A stretch of 64,000 nt of DNA from Mobula hypostoma. Its lineage: Eukaryota. The stretch spans positions 208,260,001 to 208,324,000 of the forward strand of contig NC_086097.1 in assembly GCF_963921235.1 (NCBI RefSeq), in the 5' to 3' direction. Shown in pieces: positions 11,748-24,769 of the stretch. The first letter of the stretch is position 1, and each line of letters starts with the position of its first letter. The notes under the pieces were generated by a model. The model was not told the DNA's origin and ran no database searches. It saw only the letters and a program-made list of their open reading frames with translations. A program made the position numbers and the translations under genes.

Positions 11748-12685
11748 TTTCAACAGGTACATTTAATATCAGAGAAATGTATACAATATACATACTGAAA
11801 TTCTTTTTCTTCGCAAACATCCATGAAAACAGAGGAATGCCCAAAGAATGAATGACAGTTAAATGTTAGAACCCCAAATGCACCCCCCAGCTCTCCCCTC
11901 CCTCGTACAAGCAGCAGCAAGGCAATAATCCCCCCTCCCCCACCAGCAAAAAAGTATCAGCGCCCCCCACCGAGCACTCAAGCGTGCAGCAAAACATCAA
12001 TAAAGACGCAGACTTGCAGTACCCCAAAAACTATTCGTTCACCCGGTAATTTGATATACCACAGGCTCTCTCTCTCTCTCCCTAATAAGGTGTTCCCGTT
12101 TAGACCATAAGACAAAGGAGCAGAAGTCGACCATTTGGCCCATCGAGTCTGCTCCGCCATTTTATTATGAGCTGATCCATTCTCCCATTTAGTCCCACTC
12201 CCCTGCCTTCTCACCGTAACCTTTGATAGCGATAGGGGAGACATAAAAAACTCACTGACTTTTGATGTTAAAAGTCTGTTGCGTCGCTCTTTCTGAGCTC
12301 TGTGCCCAGAGAGTAGGCCCCAAGGCTCAGGTCTCTGGACACACAGCCCACGGCAGCTAACTCGCTGCCCCCGATATTCCATGTTCTCCCGAGACGCCTC
12401 AGTCAGGGGCACCGGCCTTGAATCAGCCCGTCTCCAGAGCCATGAAAATCTAGCACCCTGAAGGCGTGTTAGTCTTCCAGGCTGTATCCTTGGAATATCA
12501 AAAAGCTGCTGGTTCTGAGGCCCTGCGAGCAGGTCCCATTCCCATAAAGAGCTGAAGTCAGAGTGTAACTCCAGGTCAGGGTCTTCAAAAGAACCTTGAA
12601 AAGGGAAAAAAGAGATATCAAAGATAGAAACTGAGCCGTTTCCGGAGATGCAAACAAAGAAGTCACTGTTTAGCGCTATCATCAC
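11748..12685 (-). mobile_element. Non-LTR 3'-UTR-type repeat (Rex1/L2-like tail) with a nested CR1 3' end at about 12092-12228
   Basis: Tail ttcaa..catttaat..agagaaatgtatacaatatac resembles the other Rex-like tails here; the nested segment matches the CR1 3' UTRs at 22714 and 53005. Confidence 0.55.
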
Positions 12686-13249
12686 TTCGCTCTACCCCTC
12701 TGATATAAAATAATAAAAGAGGTCTGTTTCCAAATAAGAAGTTTAGATTTAAAAAAAACACTGAAAATCTCTGGTTCAAAACAAAGCCACTGCTATGCAC
12801 CCATTGGAGAGCAAGGAAATCAACAAGACAATACATTTAGCACACTTCAGTGTTGATTGATCTCTGTCTATTTGTGGTCCCACTGGATTTCCAATCATAT
12901 TTGGGATTGATGATGAGAGATGCCATCAAAAGAAAAGGTTTCACTGGGACAGACAAAGGTGGTGGGACATACTACTCTCCAAATGCAAACGCTCTTAAGG
13001 ACAGCTGGTACCCGGTATCCTGTGGTTTGACGAGTTCCATTGTAGTTGCTGCATAGTTGATTGAATGGGACAATTGGTAATAATTATGTCAGTTCTTCAG
13101 GTTGGAGGAAGAAAACTCCAGGAGAGAAATGCCAGGCATGCTAGGCTGTCTATTAGCTGTTCTGTACCTTCCTAATGGGATCCACAAATCCACATTTGTA
13201 AACTGAAATAATATAACCTTGATTGAAAAACAAGTGGAGGCTTTATATA

Positions 13250-13935
13250 TCAAGAAAATTGCAGATGCTTGAAATCCAAAATAACACAGAAAATATTGAA
13301 AATTCTTAGCAGGCCCCACCTTAACTACATTTTACAGGAGCACCATTGAGATCTACCTGACAAATTAAATCTCTGTCTCGTATGGGAACAGCTAAGCATT
13401 GGACCGGAAGTCTGTGCAAAGGACTTTGAGAATGGCTGAGAGGATCATAGGGGTCTCCCTTACCATCCATCGGGGAAATTTATCAGGAGCGTTGCGTACG
13501 CAGGGCCCTTGGGACTATTAAGGATCCTACCCATCCATCCAGCAACCTCTTTGACTTTTTAACATCAGGCAGGAGACTCCGATGCAGGAACAGTCAGGAT
13601 GGAAAACAATTTCTTTGCTCAGGCCATTAGGCTTCTGAACTCCCTGTCGCATCACATTCAAAATGTCACTGATTAATCTGTACTGTACTTTACCGTATTT
13701 AATTTATGCACTTTAGGTTGTTTACTTACGTGTAATCCATCTGTAGATTTCATCCTTACTTTCATAAGTTATTATGTGTTATGTATAATATAGTGCTTTA
13801 CACCCTGGTTCAGAGAAGCATCTCGTTTGATGGTATACATGTATATAATTAAATGACAATAAACTTCACTTGACTTGTGCTATGTGGGAAGAAAAACGGA
13901 CTTAATGTTCCAGATTGAAGACCCTTCATCAGCGG
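13250..13935. mobile_element. Old Penelope-like repeat split by a Rex1/Babar-like 3' fragment (about 13320-13873, + strand)
   Basis: The Penelope-like arm at 13250-13320 continues at 13880-13935; the insert has a KDPTHPSSNLFDFLTSGRR-like motif and a (gactt)n tail. Confidence 0.6.
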
Positions 13936-14319
13936 AGGTTGTTCTAATCAAAGGTGCTATGACAAAAACTCCTGAATGTGTTTTAGATTTAGTGAAAATC
14001 TCAGTACCTATCACATATATTATCATACTGTATACTGTATATGATATCAGAGTACCTATCATATTTAGAACATTTCAGAAGCACCCTGGCCCTTTTATAT
14101 CATGGGTTAGGTGGTGGTGCATGTGAACGACATGTTTAGAGGTCAGTTTTGTCAGATTAACCATATACAGCAGGATTTCACTTTTGGTTACTTCAGACAA
14201 TGCTTATTACCATTTGTCTTCTTGAGATTTGAATGAACAGGGAAGCAGGTGAACAGTTGTGCCATTGTCAGAAAGCTTATCTGCAGCTCCATGCAGTAAA
14301 AGTCAGCAGAAGGTTGAAA

Positions 14320-16680
14320 GTCTCCTTTCAATTGTCTACATTCTAAAGAATATAGTTCTAATATATTCCATTTTTCCATATAACTCAGGTCATCCAGACC
14401 CGGCAACATCCTTGTGAATTTTCTCTGTACTCATTCAACCTTAATGGCATCTTTCCTGGAAGGAGGTGACAACAGCTGCACACAATCCAAAGCAGGCCCC
14501 ATCAACGTCATATACAACTTCAACATAACATCCCATCTCCTGTACTCAGTACATTGATTTATGAAGGCCAAAGTGCTAAAAGCTTTCTTTATGACCCTAT
14601 CTAGCTGTGACGCCACGGTCAACAAGTATGGATCTGTGTTCCCAGATCTCTTTGTTCTACCACACTCCTCAGTGCCCTGCTGTACCCTGGTTGGTCCTAA
14701 TGAAGTGTAAAACCAATACACTTACCCGCATTAAATTTCATCTGCCATTTTTCAGCCCATTTTCCAACTGATGCAGATCCCTCTGCAAGCCATGATAACA
14801 TACCTCACTTTCCACTACACCCGCAATCTTGGTGTCATCTGCATATTTCCTGATCCAGTTTACCACATTATCATCCAGATTATTAATATAGATGACAAAC
14901 AAGAAAGGACCCAGCACTGATCCCTGCAGCACTCCACTAGTCACAGTCCTCCAGTCAGAGAGGCAACCCTCTATCACAAAACCAATGTCTAATCTAATTT
15001 ACTACATCATCCTGAGTGCCGAGTGACTGAACCTCCTTGACCAGCCTCCTGTGCAGGATCTTGTCAAAGAGCATACTTAGCATCCATGTCGACAGCAGAT
15101 ATTGCCTTGCCTTCATCAAATTTCCTGGTAACTTCCTTGAAAAACTCTATAAGTGGTTAGATATGACCTATCACGCATGAAGCTATGCTGACTGTCCTTA
15201 ATCAGTCACGTCTATCCAAATACTTACATATTCGGTCCTTTTACCTTCCCATAACTTTCCCACAACTGACATCAGACTCACTGGCCCATAATTTACTGGT
15301 TTATGTTTAGAGCCTTTTTTAAACAGTGGAACAACAATGACTGTCCTCCAATCCTCTGGTACCTCCCCTGATGACTGCAATTTTGCCCTATCAACAGCCT
15401 CTCCTCACTGCACATTGCCTCTGTTTGTAAACCAGCTACCTCTTCTTCTGCTGTATTATCTGTCTTTTCTACACTACTTCTTTCATTGAAATATACGCAG
15501 CTCAGGACACAAGTTGCACCATGCTCAACCTTTTGATTTCTAAATTTGTCTGAGGCCTTATGAACATCTGCCTCCACAACCTCTCCACTGACTATTCTGG
15601 CACTCTGGTTCCCACCTCACTGAAACTCTAGTTTAAACCCCACCGTGCAGCATTGACAAACCTTCTTGCTAGGATATTAGTCCCCCTCCAGTTCAGGTAC
15701 AAACTGTCCTTTCTGTACAGGTCCTATCTTCCCTCAGAGAGAGCCCAATGATACAAAAACCTTACGCCCTTCCTCGTACACCAACTCCTTAGCCATGCAT
15801 TGAACTTTATCATCTTCCTAGTTCTAGCCTCACCAGTACTTGACATGTGTAGCAATCCTGAGATCACAACCCTGGAGGTCTTTCCCTTTAACTTAGCATC
15901 TAAGGAAGCTAGGACTTTACTCTTTGGAGAGAAGGAGGATGAGAGGGGACATGATAGAGGTGTACAAGATAATAAGAGGAATAGATAGAGTGGATAGCCA
16001 GCGCCTCTTCCCCAGGGCACCACTGCTCAGAGCAAGAGGACATGGCTTTAAGGTAAGGGGTGGGAGGTTCAAGGGGGATATTAGAGGAAGGTTTTTTACT
16101 CAGAGAGTGGTTGGAGCATGGAATGCACTGCCTGAGTCAGTGGTGGAGGCAGATACACTAGTGAAGTTTAAGAGACTACTAGACAGGTATACGGAGGAAT
16201 TTAAGGTGGGGGCTTATATGGGAGACAGGGTTTGAGGGTCAGCAGAACATTGTGGGCCGAAGGGCCTGTACTGTGCTGTACTATTCTATGTTCTATGTTC
16301 TAATTCCCTGAACTCCCTGTGCAGAACTTCCTCACTCATCGTACCCGTGTCACTGTTACATATATGGACCATGACTTCTGACTACTCCCCCTCCCACTTA
16401 AAAATGCTGAGGACTCAAACTGAGATACCCTGGACCCTGGCACCATACCATCTAGGAATCTCGTACTCGCCCACAGAGCCTTCTGTCCATCCCCCTAACT
16501 AATGAATCCCCTATCATCACAGCGTGTCTCTTCTCCTCTCTTCCCTTCTGAGTCTCAGAGGCAGACTGAGTGCCAGACAGCCGACCACTGTGACTCTCCT
16601 CTGTTAGGTCATCCCCCTTGACAGTACACTTTCGTTGAGGGGGATGGACACGGGGGTACTCTGCACTAGCTAGTCCACCC
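14320..16680 (-). mobile_element. Internally deleted CR1-like LINE (ORF1 esterase plus RT)
   Basis: RT motifs GVLQGSVLGP, YADDTK and VPEDWRTVIVVPLFKKG; ORF1 remnant AKLKGKTSRVVISGLL...FNAWLRSWC. Confidence 0.85.
15904..16300 (+). mobile_element. Young CR1-like 3' fragment nested antisense in the CR1 ORF1
   Basis: ORF 15924..16235 is the CR1 C-terminus; (ttctatg)n tail. Confidence 0.85.
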
Positions 16681-16709
16681 TCTATGAATTCAAATCTCAG
16701 TCAATTCAA

Positions 16710-16840
16710 AACAAATTGTTGGAGAAACACAGGTCAACATGATTTATCAATTATTTTCCCTTTTCAGATGCCACTTAACTTGTTGAGTTAATTCAGCATT
16801 GTTTTTTTCTGTAGACTCTAGCATCTGCAAACTTGTTTCT
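16710..16840. mobile_element. Old Penelope-like fold-back remnant
   Basis: cagatgccacttaacttgttgagttaattcagcatt...agcatctgca. Confidence 0.45.
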
Positions 16841-16959
16841 CAGTCTATTAAAATTAACTTCGTCCCAATTTAGAACAATTATACCTTGTCTATTTCAATG
16901 TTTTTCATAACCATGTTAGATCAAACTAAATTATGATTAGAACCAGAGGCACCAACACA

Positions 16960-17560
16960 CTTGACCACTGTTATACTGTCATCAAGAACGCTTAATATGA
17001 CATCCCGCACCCACACTTTGGGAAGTCCAGTCACCTGGCTGTGCTTCCACTCCCGGTGTACAGGCAGAGACTGAAGATTGCAGCAGCAGTGGTGAGGACC
17101 CAGAAGATATGGTCAAGGGAGGCAGAGGAGCACCCCCCCCCGCCCTAAGATTGCTTTAAGTCGATGGACTGGACAATATTCAGGGATTCATCTTAAAATC
17201 TGAATGAATTAACCATAGTTGTCATTGACTTCAAGATCTGTGTGGATGAGTATGTGCCTTCAAGAACATACCAGACATAACCAAACCAGAAGCAGGAGAG
17301 TTAAAGTCTGCTGAGGGCTAGATCTGTTGCATTCCAGACTGGTGATCCAGACCTATTCAACAAGTTCAGGTATGACCTACGTAAGGGTATTTTAAGATTG
17401 AAAAGATAATTCCGATTGAAGCAAGAGACAGAATCAGGTGCATATTTGCTCTGGCAGGGTTTGCAAGCCATTACTTCCTACAAGGTGAAACCTAACATCA
17501 TGAATGGCTGTGATGATTCACTCCCAGATGAGCTCAATGCCTTTCATGCAGTTTGAAAGG
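16960..17560 (+). mobile_element. Rex1/L2-like LINE internal fragment
   Basis: Decayed endonuclease-RT linker (PNQKQ, LPDELNAFH-like motifs). Confidence 0.55.
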
Positions 17561-18296
17561 CAGAACTGTATATAATAGAACTAATATACAGACATCCGTG
17601 GCGTACTAAATTTTAAATCATCCCATTCAGATCTAAAGATTTAGTTGCTGTGGAGGCTTTCTTACTCTTGTGCAATAATGTATTTCCTGACAAGGAGAAT
17701 CACTTGGCTTGGCAGGTGGGACTTGTGGCTGTGGAACACTCACCGTATCTGGAGCCGCCTCCATGGTGGTAGGAGTTGACTCTGGGACTGCAGGAAGTGA
17801 TTCTGACACCTCTGGACACCTTTCTTCTCTAACAATTGACTCTTGCATCCTCAACTGAACCATGTGTCATCTGCAGATGATATCAGACGCAACCTCGACT
17901 GTGTAGGGACCGAGACTGATACTGAATACTCACCGGGGCTCCTTGAGTCCTCAATATGTCTCAGCTGTTTGTTTTCCTTCTGAGAATGGGTTTGAGAAGA
18001 TGCAAGCATGAACACAAAGGATGACCCAGGAACATCATGGCTGGAAAGTTGTTGGTTGTGGAGTGTGCTGCATTGCAATATGCAAGGAGGAAATTGGTGA
18101 GATTCTGATTCAGTGTCAGTGCCGCGTGTTCTGTTGACATTACTCGCAGTGCAGTCTTTAGATTCTGAGCAAACCTTTCCACCAAGCCACCTGTAACTGG
18201 GTGGTACGGTGCAGACGTAATATATCTTATTCCATTCATTTTCAGGAGTGACTGAAACTATTTCACAACAAACCGTGATCCATTGTCACTGACTAA

Positions 18297-19200
18297 GGCT
18301 GCGTCCACACTAGACCGGATAATTTTGAAAACGCCAGTTTTGCATAAAAACGATAGGCGTCCACACCAGGCGTTTTTAAAAATATCTCTGTCCACATTAG
18401 AATGGATATTTGGGCAAATCTCCTCCTATTGGGCATGCACAGGACACACAGAAAACAAGTGAAGAGGAAACGGTATACTTGGTGCGCGTTTGTCCAGTTA
18501 CAGACTAGAAAAACTTAAAAGGAATTGCTGTTGGCTCTCACACAGGAGGACTTAAAACTTAAAAAAAACAAATACTGGAGCATATGGAGGCAACTGACAG
18601 GGAGTTCATGGACAGTATGACCCGGCTGACGACGAACATTGAAAAACTGACTAACTCTGTTGCATTAATAAAGCACCTTGTTAAATGTATAAAACATGTC
18701 TGCGTCAGTGTTGTCTTGTATTTCTATACAATGTTATGTTAGGCTGTTACACATCTATTGTCAGAGAAGTACTTGCATAAATAGGTAAACCATCTTCATA
18801 CAAGCAAGGACAGAAAAAAGGGCAAAGTGAGTATACTTATTTATTCAGTAAGCTATGGGTCAAAGTATTTAGTGAGTACATTTCTAACTTCTGGCTTCAG
18901 TCTCGTTGCTGTCTGTTCTGAAATTGTTAGGTTGTGTGGGGGTTGCGTTCAAGAAAACAATGAAATGCCGCGCTGCGGCCATCTGTTCCGGTACGTCATG
19001 ACAGCATTTAAAAAAATATCCATTTACCCCATCCACACTGCTCTGCACAATCGGCGTTTTCAAATTTACACACTCTGGAGGGCGTTTTAGAAAATCTCAG
19101 TTTTCGAGGGAGGAAAGTGCTGTTTCCGTGTGGACAGAGGGTCAAAATAAAGAGAAAAAACTTCGGTTACGGATTTATCCGGTCTAGTGTGAACGTAGCC
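18297..19200. mobile_element. PIF/Harbinger-type non-autonomous DNA transposon (MITE)
   Basis: 26-bp TIRs GGCTGCGTCCACACTAGACCGGATAA (24/26 match), TAA TSD (18294-18296 / 19201-19203); removing it restores the integrase peptide EHLVSDNG. Confidence 0.9.
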
Positions 19201-20055
19201 TAAGTGTTCTTGAACACCAGTGCTTGCAAAGAAGCTTCTTCACACAGCAACCATGTGTGAGGCTGTTGTGGGGGCTATTAGGAACACTTCTGGCCACTTT
19301 GTAGCTGCATCCACTACTAACAAGAAATATGTACACATGAATGGTCGGGCAAAATCACATGAATCCTCTGCCAGGGCAATGTAGGCCATTCCCAGGGATG
19401 GAGAGGCACTGCTCTTGGCATCTTCTGGATATGTTGGCATCCTAAACAGTGCTTTGCAAACTCTTCGATCTGCTGATCTATCCCACCACCAGACAAACCT
19501 TCAGGCCAGCTCTTTCAATTTGGCCATGCTTAGATGACAGGCATGTAGCTCCTTTAACACTTTAGCTCTCAGCTTGGATGGTGTAACATCTCTCAATCCC
19601 CATATAAAGCAATTCAAGGGCAAGTTCATCGCGACAGTGGTAAGAATGGGGGAACCGGAATTTCTGCTGCACATTCCAGTCATTTTGAGCTGCCATGTAG
19701 ACCTACGACAGTATGGGATCTTTTCTGATTTCCCTTTGGTTCATCTCTGCCACAATAAGGAAACTTTCAATTTGCATTAGGGAGAATACATCCAGAGGGA
19801 TGTCCTCTTTTGTAAATTCTTTCGGTATTTTCTATTCCAAGGAAAAATGGAACAATCCATCAGCATTTCCATGATTAACCGTCCTTGTGAATTCAATCTT
19901 GTTATTGTGTCCTTCAAGAAAAAGAGCCCATCTCTTCATTCTGCTGCTGCTGTTAGTGGGGTACCCTTCTATGGATTGAAAATGGACACTAGTGGTTGAT
20001 AAGGGTAAACTGTCTTCCGTACAAGTACTGGTTGAAATATTTTACACCTCAAACC

Positions 20056-20112
20056 TGCAACTGTAACGAAAACCAATTTCCCCCGGGATCAATAAAGTAT
20101 GACTATGACTAT
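20056..20112 (+). mobile_element. 57-bp extreme 3' end of a Rex1/Babar-like LINE
   Basis: aataaa plus (tatgac)n tail; TSD aaacc (20051-20055 / 20113-20117); same family as 55279-55592. Confidence 0.75.
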
Positions 20113-21429
20113 AAACCAGACTCGAGGCCCCTCTATCAATATGTGCATGATTTTTCTCAGCAGCGGCAAGGGAACTTGATGCTAAGGCATTCAATTCCAT
20201 CACTCATAACGTGACATGAGTGTACCTATACCATAAAGTGAGGCATCACGGTGAAGCCTCGCTGGACAATGTGAATCATAATGTGTGAATACAGTGTCTG
20301 CCATCACCATTTCCTTTAGCTTTTTCAAAGCCACCTCACACTGTTCTATCCATTGCCATTTCTTCCCAATCTGTAGTAATGAGTACAAGGGATGGAGCAC
20401 AGTAGCCAGGTTTGGCAGGGCCATGTTATAGTAATTGACAAATCTTAAGAATTACCACAACTGTGATGTGTCCTTTGGTCCTGGGGCATCTACCAGTGTT
20501 TAAATTTTCTCCGCACACTTGTGTCATGCTTGTGCATCAATGGTGTGATACTTGGTTTAAATAATCCATACTCCTTTCATACTCTAAACCCATGATCTTC
20601 TAATCTTTTTAAGACTGTTTTGAGATTTTGGAGATGTTCCTTGTCATCCTCACCAGTAACAATGATGTCATTCAGGTAACACTGAGTGCCTGGACAGTCT
20701 TTTAGCACCTGGTCCATAACTTTCTGCCAGAGTGCATGTGCAGATGCTACACCAAAAAATGAGCCTATTATCGTGTAAGACCCTTTGTGAGTATTTATGG
20801 TGAGAAACACTTTGAACTCTTCTTCCATCTCCATCTGTATGTATGCCTCAGCCAAGTCCGCTTTGCTGAAGTGCTTTCCTGCAGAAAGGTTCGCAAAGAT
20901 ATCCTCTATCTTGGGCAGGAGGTATTGATCTGTTCAGTATTGGGTTGATGGTTACGTCGAAATCACCACAGATCCTGACAAACCCATTCTTCTTGGCTAC
21001 TGGAACCATGGGGTGGACTCAAACTTGGACAGAATTCCTTCAGCCTCCATGCGATCCAGCTCACTAGCTAATTTATCACAGATGATATAAGGAAACAAAT
21101 GGGCTTTGTAAAACTTAATTGTAGCATTTTCATTAAACACTATTTTACCCATGATATGTTTGACTTTTCCAGTGCCATCCTTGAACACTACTGTGGCATC
21201 AACCAGTACCTTTCTTAATTTGCTTTCAGTTAACTCTGTTGCAGGGGATGTGGCATGGAAATGGTCTCCAATCAAGTTGTATTTGTCTCAGTCAATCATG
21301 ACTGCACAATACTAGCCCTCCTGTTTTTACCACATACAAGCCTAATCTGGCTTGTTGGTTGTTGTATTTCATTGTTACAAATGTTATTCCCACAGGAGTT
21401 ATCTTTTCTTCAATGTAAGTTCTTAGTTG

Positions 21430-22063
21430 TGTGACCCTCAGGCTCGCCCAGCTTGTGTTCATCAAGGGGAAAACAGCCTCTGGCCCTGCCAGACTGAGAG
21501 ATCACTTTTGTGTGGATGCTGTATAATGTACTGCCCAGTTACAAACCCACAACACAAAATATCAGACAGAACACCAGATGCAATTAAATGATTGAACTTT
21601 ATGAATCTTAATCTGAAACTAGGGTTAGTAATGAAATTAAAAAAAGGGCCCAGTTCAAGGAAAAGTCAAAAGTGCACATTGGAGCTCACTCAGTAGTCAT
21701 TCTTCCATCATCGGTCTCCTCCAAGCATTGCCGACCTTCGGCCCCTCAGATCCCAGTCCACTCCGTCCGGTGGTCTACCAGCTGTCTCCACACGTGTCTT
21801 CCCTCTTCATCTCTCCTTGACCAAAGAGCATGAGAAATATCCTTCCAGATTCACAAGACAGAGCAACAATCTCTGACTGGCTAACATGCGTACCACAGTC
21901 CTGTTATCTCCAGCCATAACCCAGACACTGCTGCTACAGAGAAACCCTTACCTCAGCAGTGAACTTTACAGAAAAGTCATTACATTAGCCTTAGCAGTGA
22001 AACATTAATGAAACATTACAAAGAAGCCATTACATTAGCAGTAAATCCTTACAGCGCATTACA
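21430..22063. mobile_element. Solo LTR inserted in the Gypsy protease region
   Basis: TGT...ACA termini, 4-bp TSD gttg/attg, non-coding, internal short tandem repeats (cattacattagcagtgaa) at about 21945-22060. Confidence 0.7.
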
Positions 22064-22559
22064 ATTGGATACCTCTAGGCTTCAGTTAAGTAAAATTGAA
22101 ATACTGTTCAAACTCATTTTGTGGAATAACTGAAACTGCCGAGCCAGTGTCCAATTCCGTTTTAATTAATTTGCTGTTCACTTGTGGTGTAAGCCTAATT
22201 GCTTGCCTCTTGTTAGTTTTTAAATTGTAAATCTCAAGGCAAAAGTGTCCTGTGTCACTCTCATCACTACATGATTGTTCATCAACAGCATGTTGATTAC
22301 TGCTCATCTGTTTTCTGCCATTTTTTGTTAACTCGCCCGTCTCTGTCCCTTACTGAAGCAGTACATGCTGTGCTGTTTATTAGTTGCCTGTGCTCAGTGT
22401 GCTTTTTTTTAACTTGAACATCTCACTACATTTCAACAGTCAGGTAGTCATATTTGTTAGTTTAAAACTTCCTCTTTGCTACCGTTACGTTTTGTAACTC
22501 CAAAACACAAAACTAATTGAAAGCAAAAACACAGGACTGGGAATGCACGTCAGCATCGG

Positions 22560-22695
22560 ACTCAACATGTGCTGCTTAGCAGTATGCTAATCGTGAAATA
22601 AGCAAAGATCTATCACGACAAACTGAAATTTGAAGATAATTGTGAATATTCAGCAGGTTGATTGCAGAAGTTTAAGAAAAGGCATGGCATTCCAT
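22560..22695 (+). mobile_element. Tigger/pogo transposase fragment (CENP-B-type HTH)
   Basis: Translates MLIVK*AKIYHDKLKFEDNCEYSAG*LQKFKKRHGI, a GWL.KFK.RHGI motif with stop codons. Confidence 0.75.
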
Positions 22696-22713
22696 TTTTA
22701 AGCATCTTCGATA

Positions 22714-24050
22714 ACCATAAGATATATGAGTAGAATTAGGCCATTTGGCCCATTGAGTCTGCTCCGCCATTTCATTATGGCTGATCCAATTTTCCTCTCA
22801 GCCCCAATCTCCTTCCTTCTCCTCTTATGTCTTCATGCCCTGACCAATCAAGAATCCATCAGCCTCTGCAGACGTGGCCTCCACAGCTGCCTGTAGCAAA
22901 GAATTCCACAGATTCCCCACCCTCTGGCTAAAGAAATTCCTCCTCATCTCTGTTCTAAAAGGATACCCCTCTATTCTGAGCCTGTATCCTCTGGTCTTAG
23001 ACTCTCCCACCGTAGGAAACATCCTCTCCACATCCACTCTATCAAGTCCTTTCACCATTCAATAGGTTTCAATAAGGTCACCCCTCATTCTTCTGAATTC
23101 TAGTTAAGGCAGGTCCAGAGCCATTAGACGCTCTTCAGATGACAAGCCATTCAATCCTGGAATCATTTACATGAACATCCTTTGAACCCTTTCCAGATTC
23201 AGCATATCTTTTCCAAGATAAGCGGCCCAAACTGCTCAGAAAACTCCAAGTGAGGTCTCACCAGTGCTTTATAAAGTTTCAACATTACATTGTTGCTTTT
23301 ATATTCTAGTCCTCGTGAAATAAATGCTAACGTTGCATTTGCCTTTCTCAACACAGACTCAACCTGCAAATTTACCTTTAAGGAATCCTGCACAAGGACT
23401 CCCAAGTCCCTTTGTGTCTCAGTTTTTTGTATTTTCTCTCCATTTAGAAAATAGTCATCCTTTCATTTCTTAGAACGTAGAACATAGCAAACCTACAGCA
23501 CAATACAGGCCCTTCGGCCCACAAAGTTGTGCCAAACATGTCCCTGCCTTAGAAATTACCAAGTTTACCTATAGCCCTCTATTTTACTAAGCTCCATGTA
23601 CCTATCTAAATGTCTCTTAAAAGACCCTATCATATCCACCTCCACCATCATTGCCGGCAGCCCATTTCACGCACTCACCATTCTCTGAGTAAAAAACTTA
23701 CCCCTGACATCTCTGTACCTACTCCCCAGCACCTTAAACCTGTGTCCTCTTGTGGCAACCATCTCAGCCCTGGGAAAAAGCTTCTGACTATCCACACGAT
23801 CAATCCCTCTCATCATCTTATCTCTTATACGGAAGTGCATGACCATATGCTTCCCAACACTGTATTTCTTTGCCCATTCTTAGTCTGTCTAAATCCAAAT
23901 CATTGACATTTAAGGTAAAAAGAATCGGTCCCAATACAGACCCCTGTGGAACACCATTAGTCACAGGCAGCCAGTCAGAAAAGGCTCCCTTTATTCCCAC
24001 TCTTTGTCTCCTGCCAATCAGCCAAAGAAAGTAAAGCTAGAATCTTTCCT
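22714..24050 (-). mobile_element. CR1-like LINE with a nested second CR1 3' end (about 23471-23820)
   Basis: CR1 ORF2 motifs [10 protein letters not shown] and LVRPHLE; nested (tagaaca)n tail of the 62523 family. Confidence 0.88.
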
Positions 24051-24199
24051 GTACAAATATCTAGCACCAGAACAAAGCCACTGCACCCTCTCTACCCAGC
24101 TTTCTGTACTTTCGATACAATGTGTGCACTTCGATTTTAAGCTCCCTGTTGTGATTTCTTTCACTATGAAGAAATTTACCTGCATCCAAATGTTCCTTG

Positions 24200-24700
24200 T
24201 TATGGGACTGTGACTCAGTTTGTGAACTCCCCAGCTAAAGGAAACGTTCTTCCTGCATCATACTTGTCAGGCATATCCAAGTTTTGTAACTTTCATAAAG
24301 ATTTCCTCTTACTTTTTTCCTAAATTTTAGCTAATCCTGGCTTGGTTTTCTCAATCACTCTGCATTTGTAAAACCCACTGTCTTGGAATCTTTGTCACAT
24401 TTCCTCATGGGCAAATGCATTGTTTTTAAGGTAAAGAGACCAAAACTCTACACAATACTGCAAAAGAAGTCTCATTAGGACATTAATTAAATTGCTGTAA
24501 AATATCCTTATTCCTCTTTTCAAATCCTCTTGCACAAAAGACAAGCATACCATTTGCTTGGCGAACTCTAGTTATTTGTGTAGATGTACATCTAGGTAAC
24601 CTTGAACTTCAGCACTGCCCAAATTGATGTCAGTCTCAGGGTTTACTCTACCATGTTCTTACCCACTTACTTAGTCTGTCTACACTTGATATCTTTCTCT
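24200..24700 (-). mobile_element. Very old CR1-like remnant
   Basis: Degenerate gaccaaaactctacacaatact (CVQFW-like) segment. Confidence 0.4.
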
Positions 24701-24769
24701 CCTTATAATTCTTCCTAAAATGCAAAATAAAGAAACCTGCACTGAAACCCCTTAGTTCTGGCCAAAAGA

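Larger units (their letters stand above)
17570..22550 (-). mobile_element. Decayed Gypsy/Ty3 LTR retrotransposon (pol order PR-RT-RH-IN)
   Basis: Protease ELDTGSAVS (22086..22307), RT YLNDII (20577..20855), RNaseH DASLYGIG, integrase VDAATKWPEVF and SAPYHP..LVERF; PBS-like sequence and LTR start near 22475-22550. Confidence 0.9.

Noticed and set aside
11978..12685. 235-aa ORF as a host gene
   Set aside because: It runs through a repeat and a nested CR1 3' UTR and has no recognisable domain.
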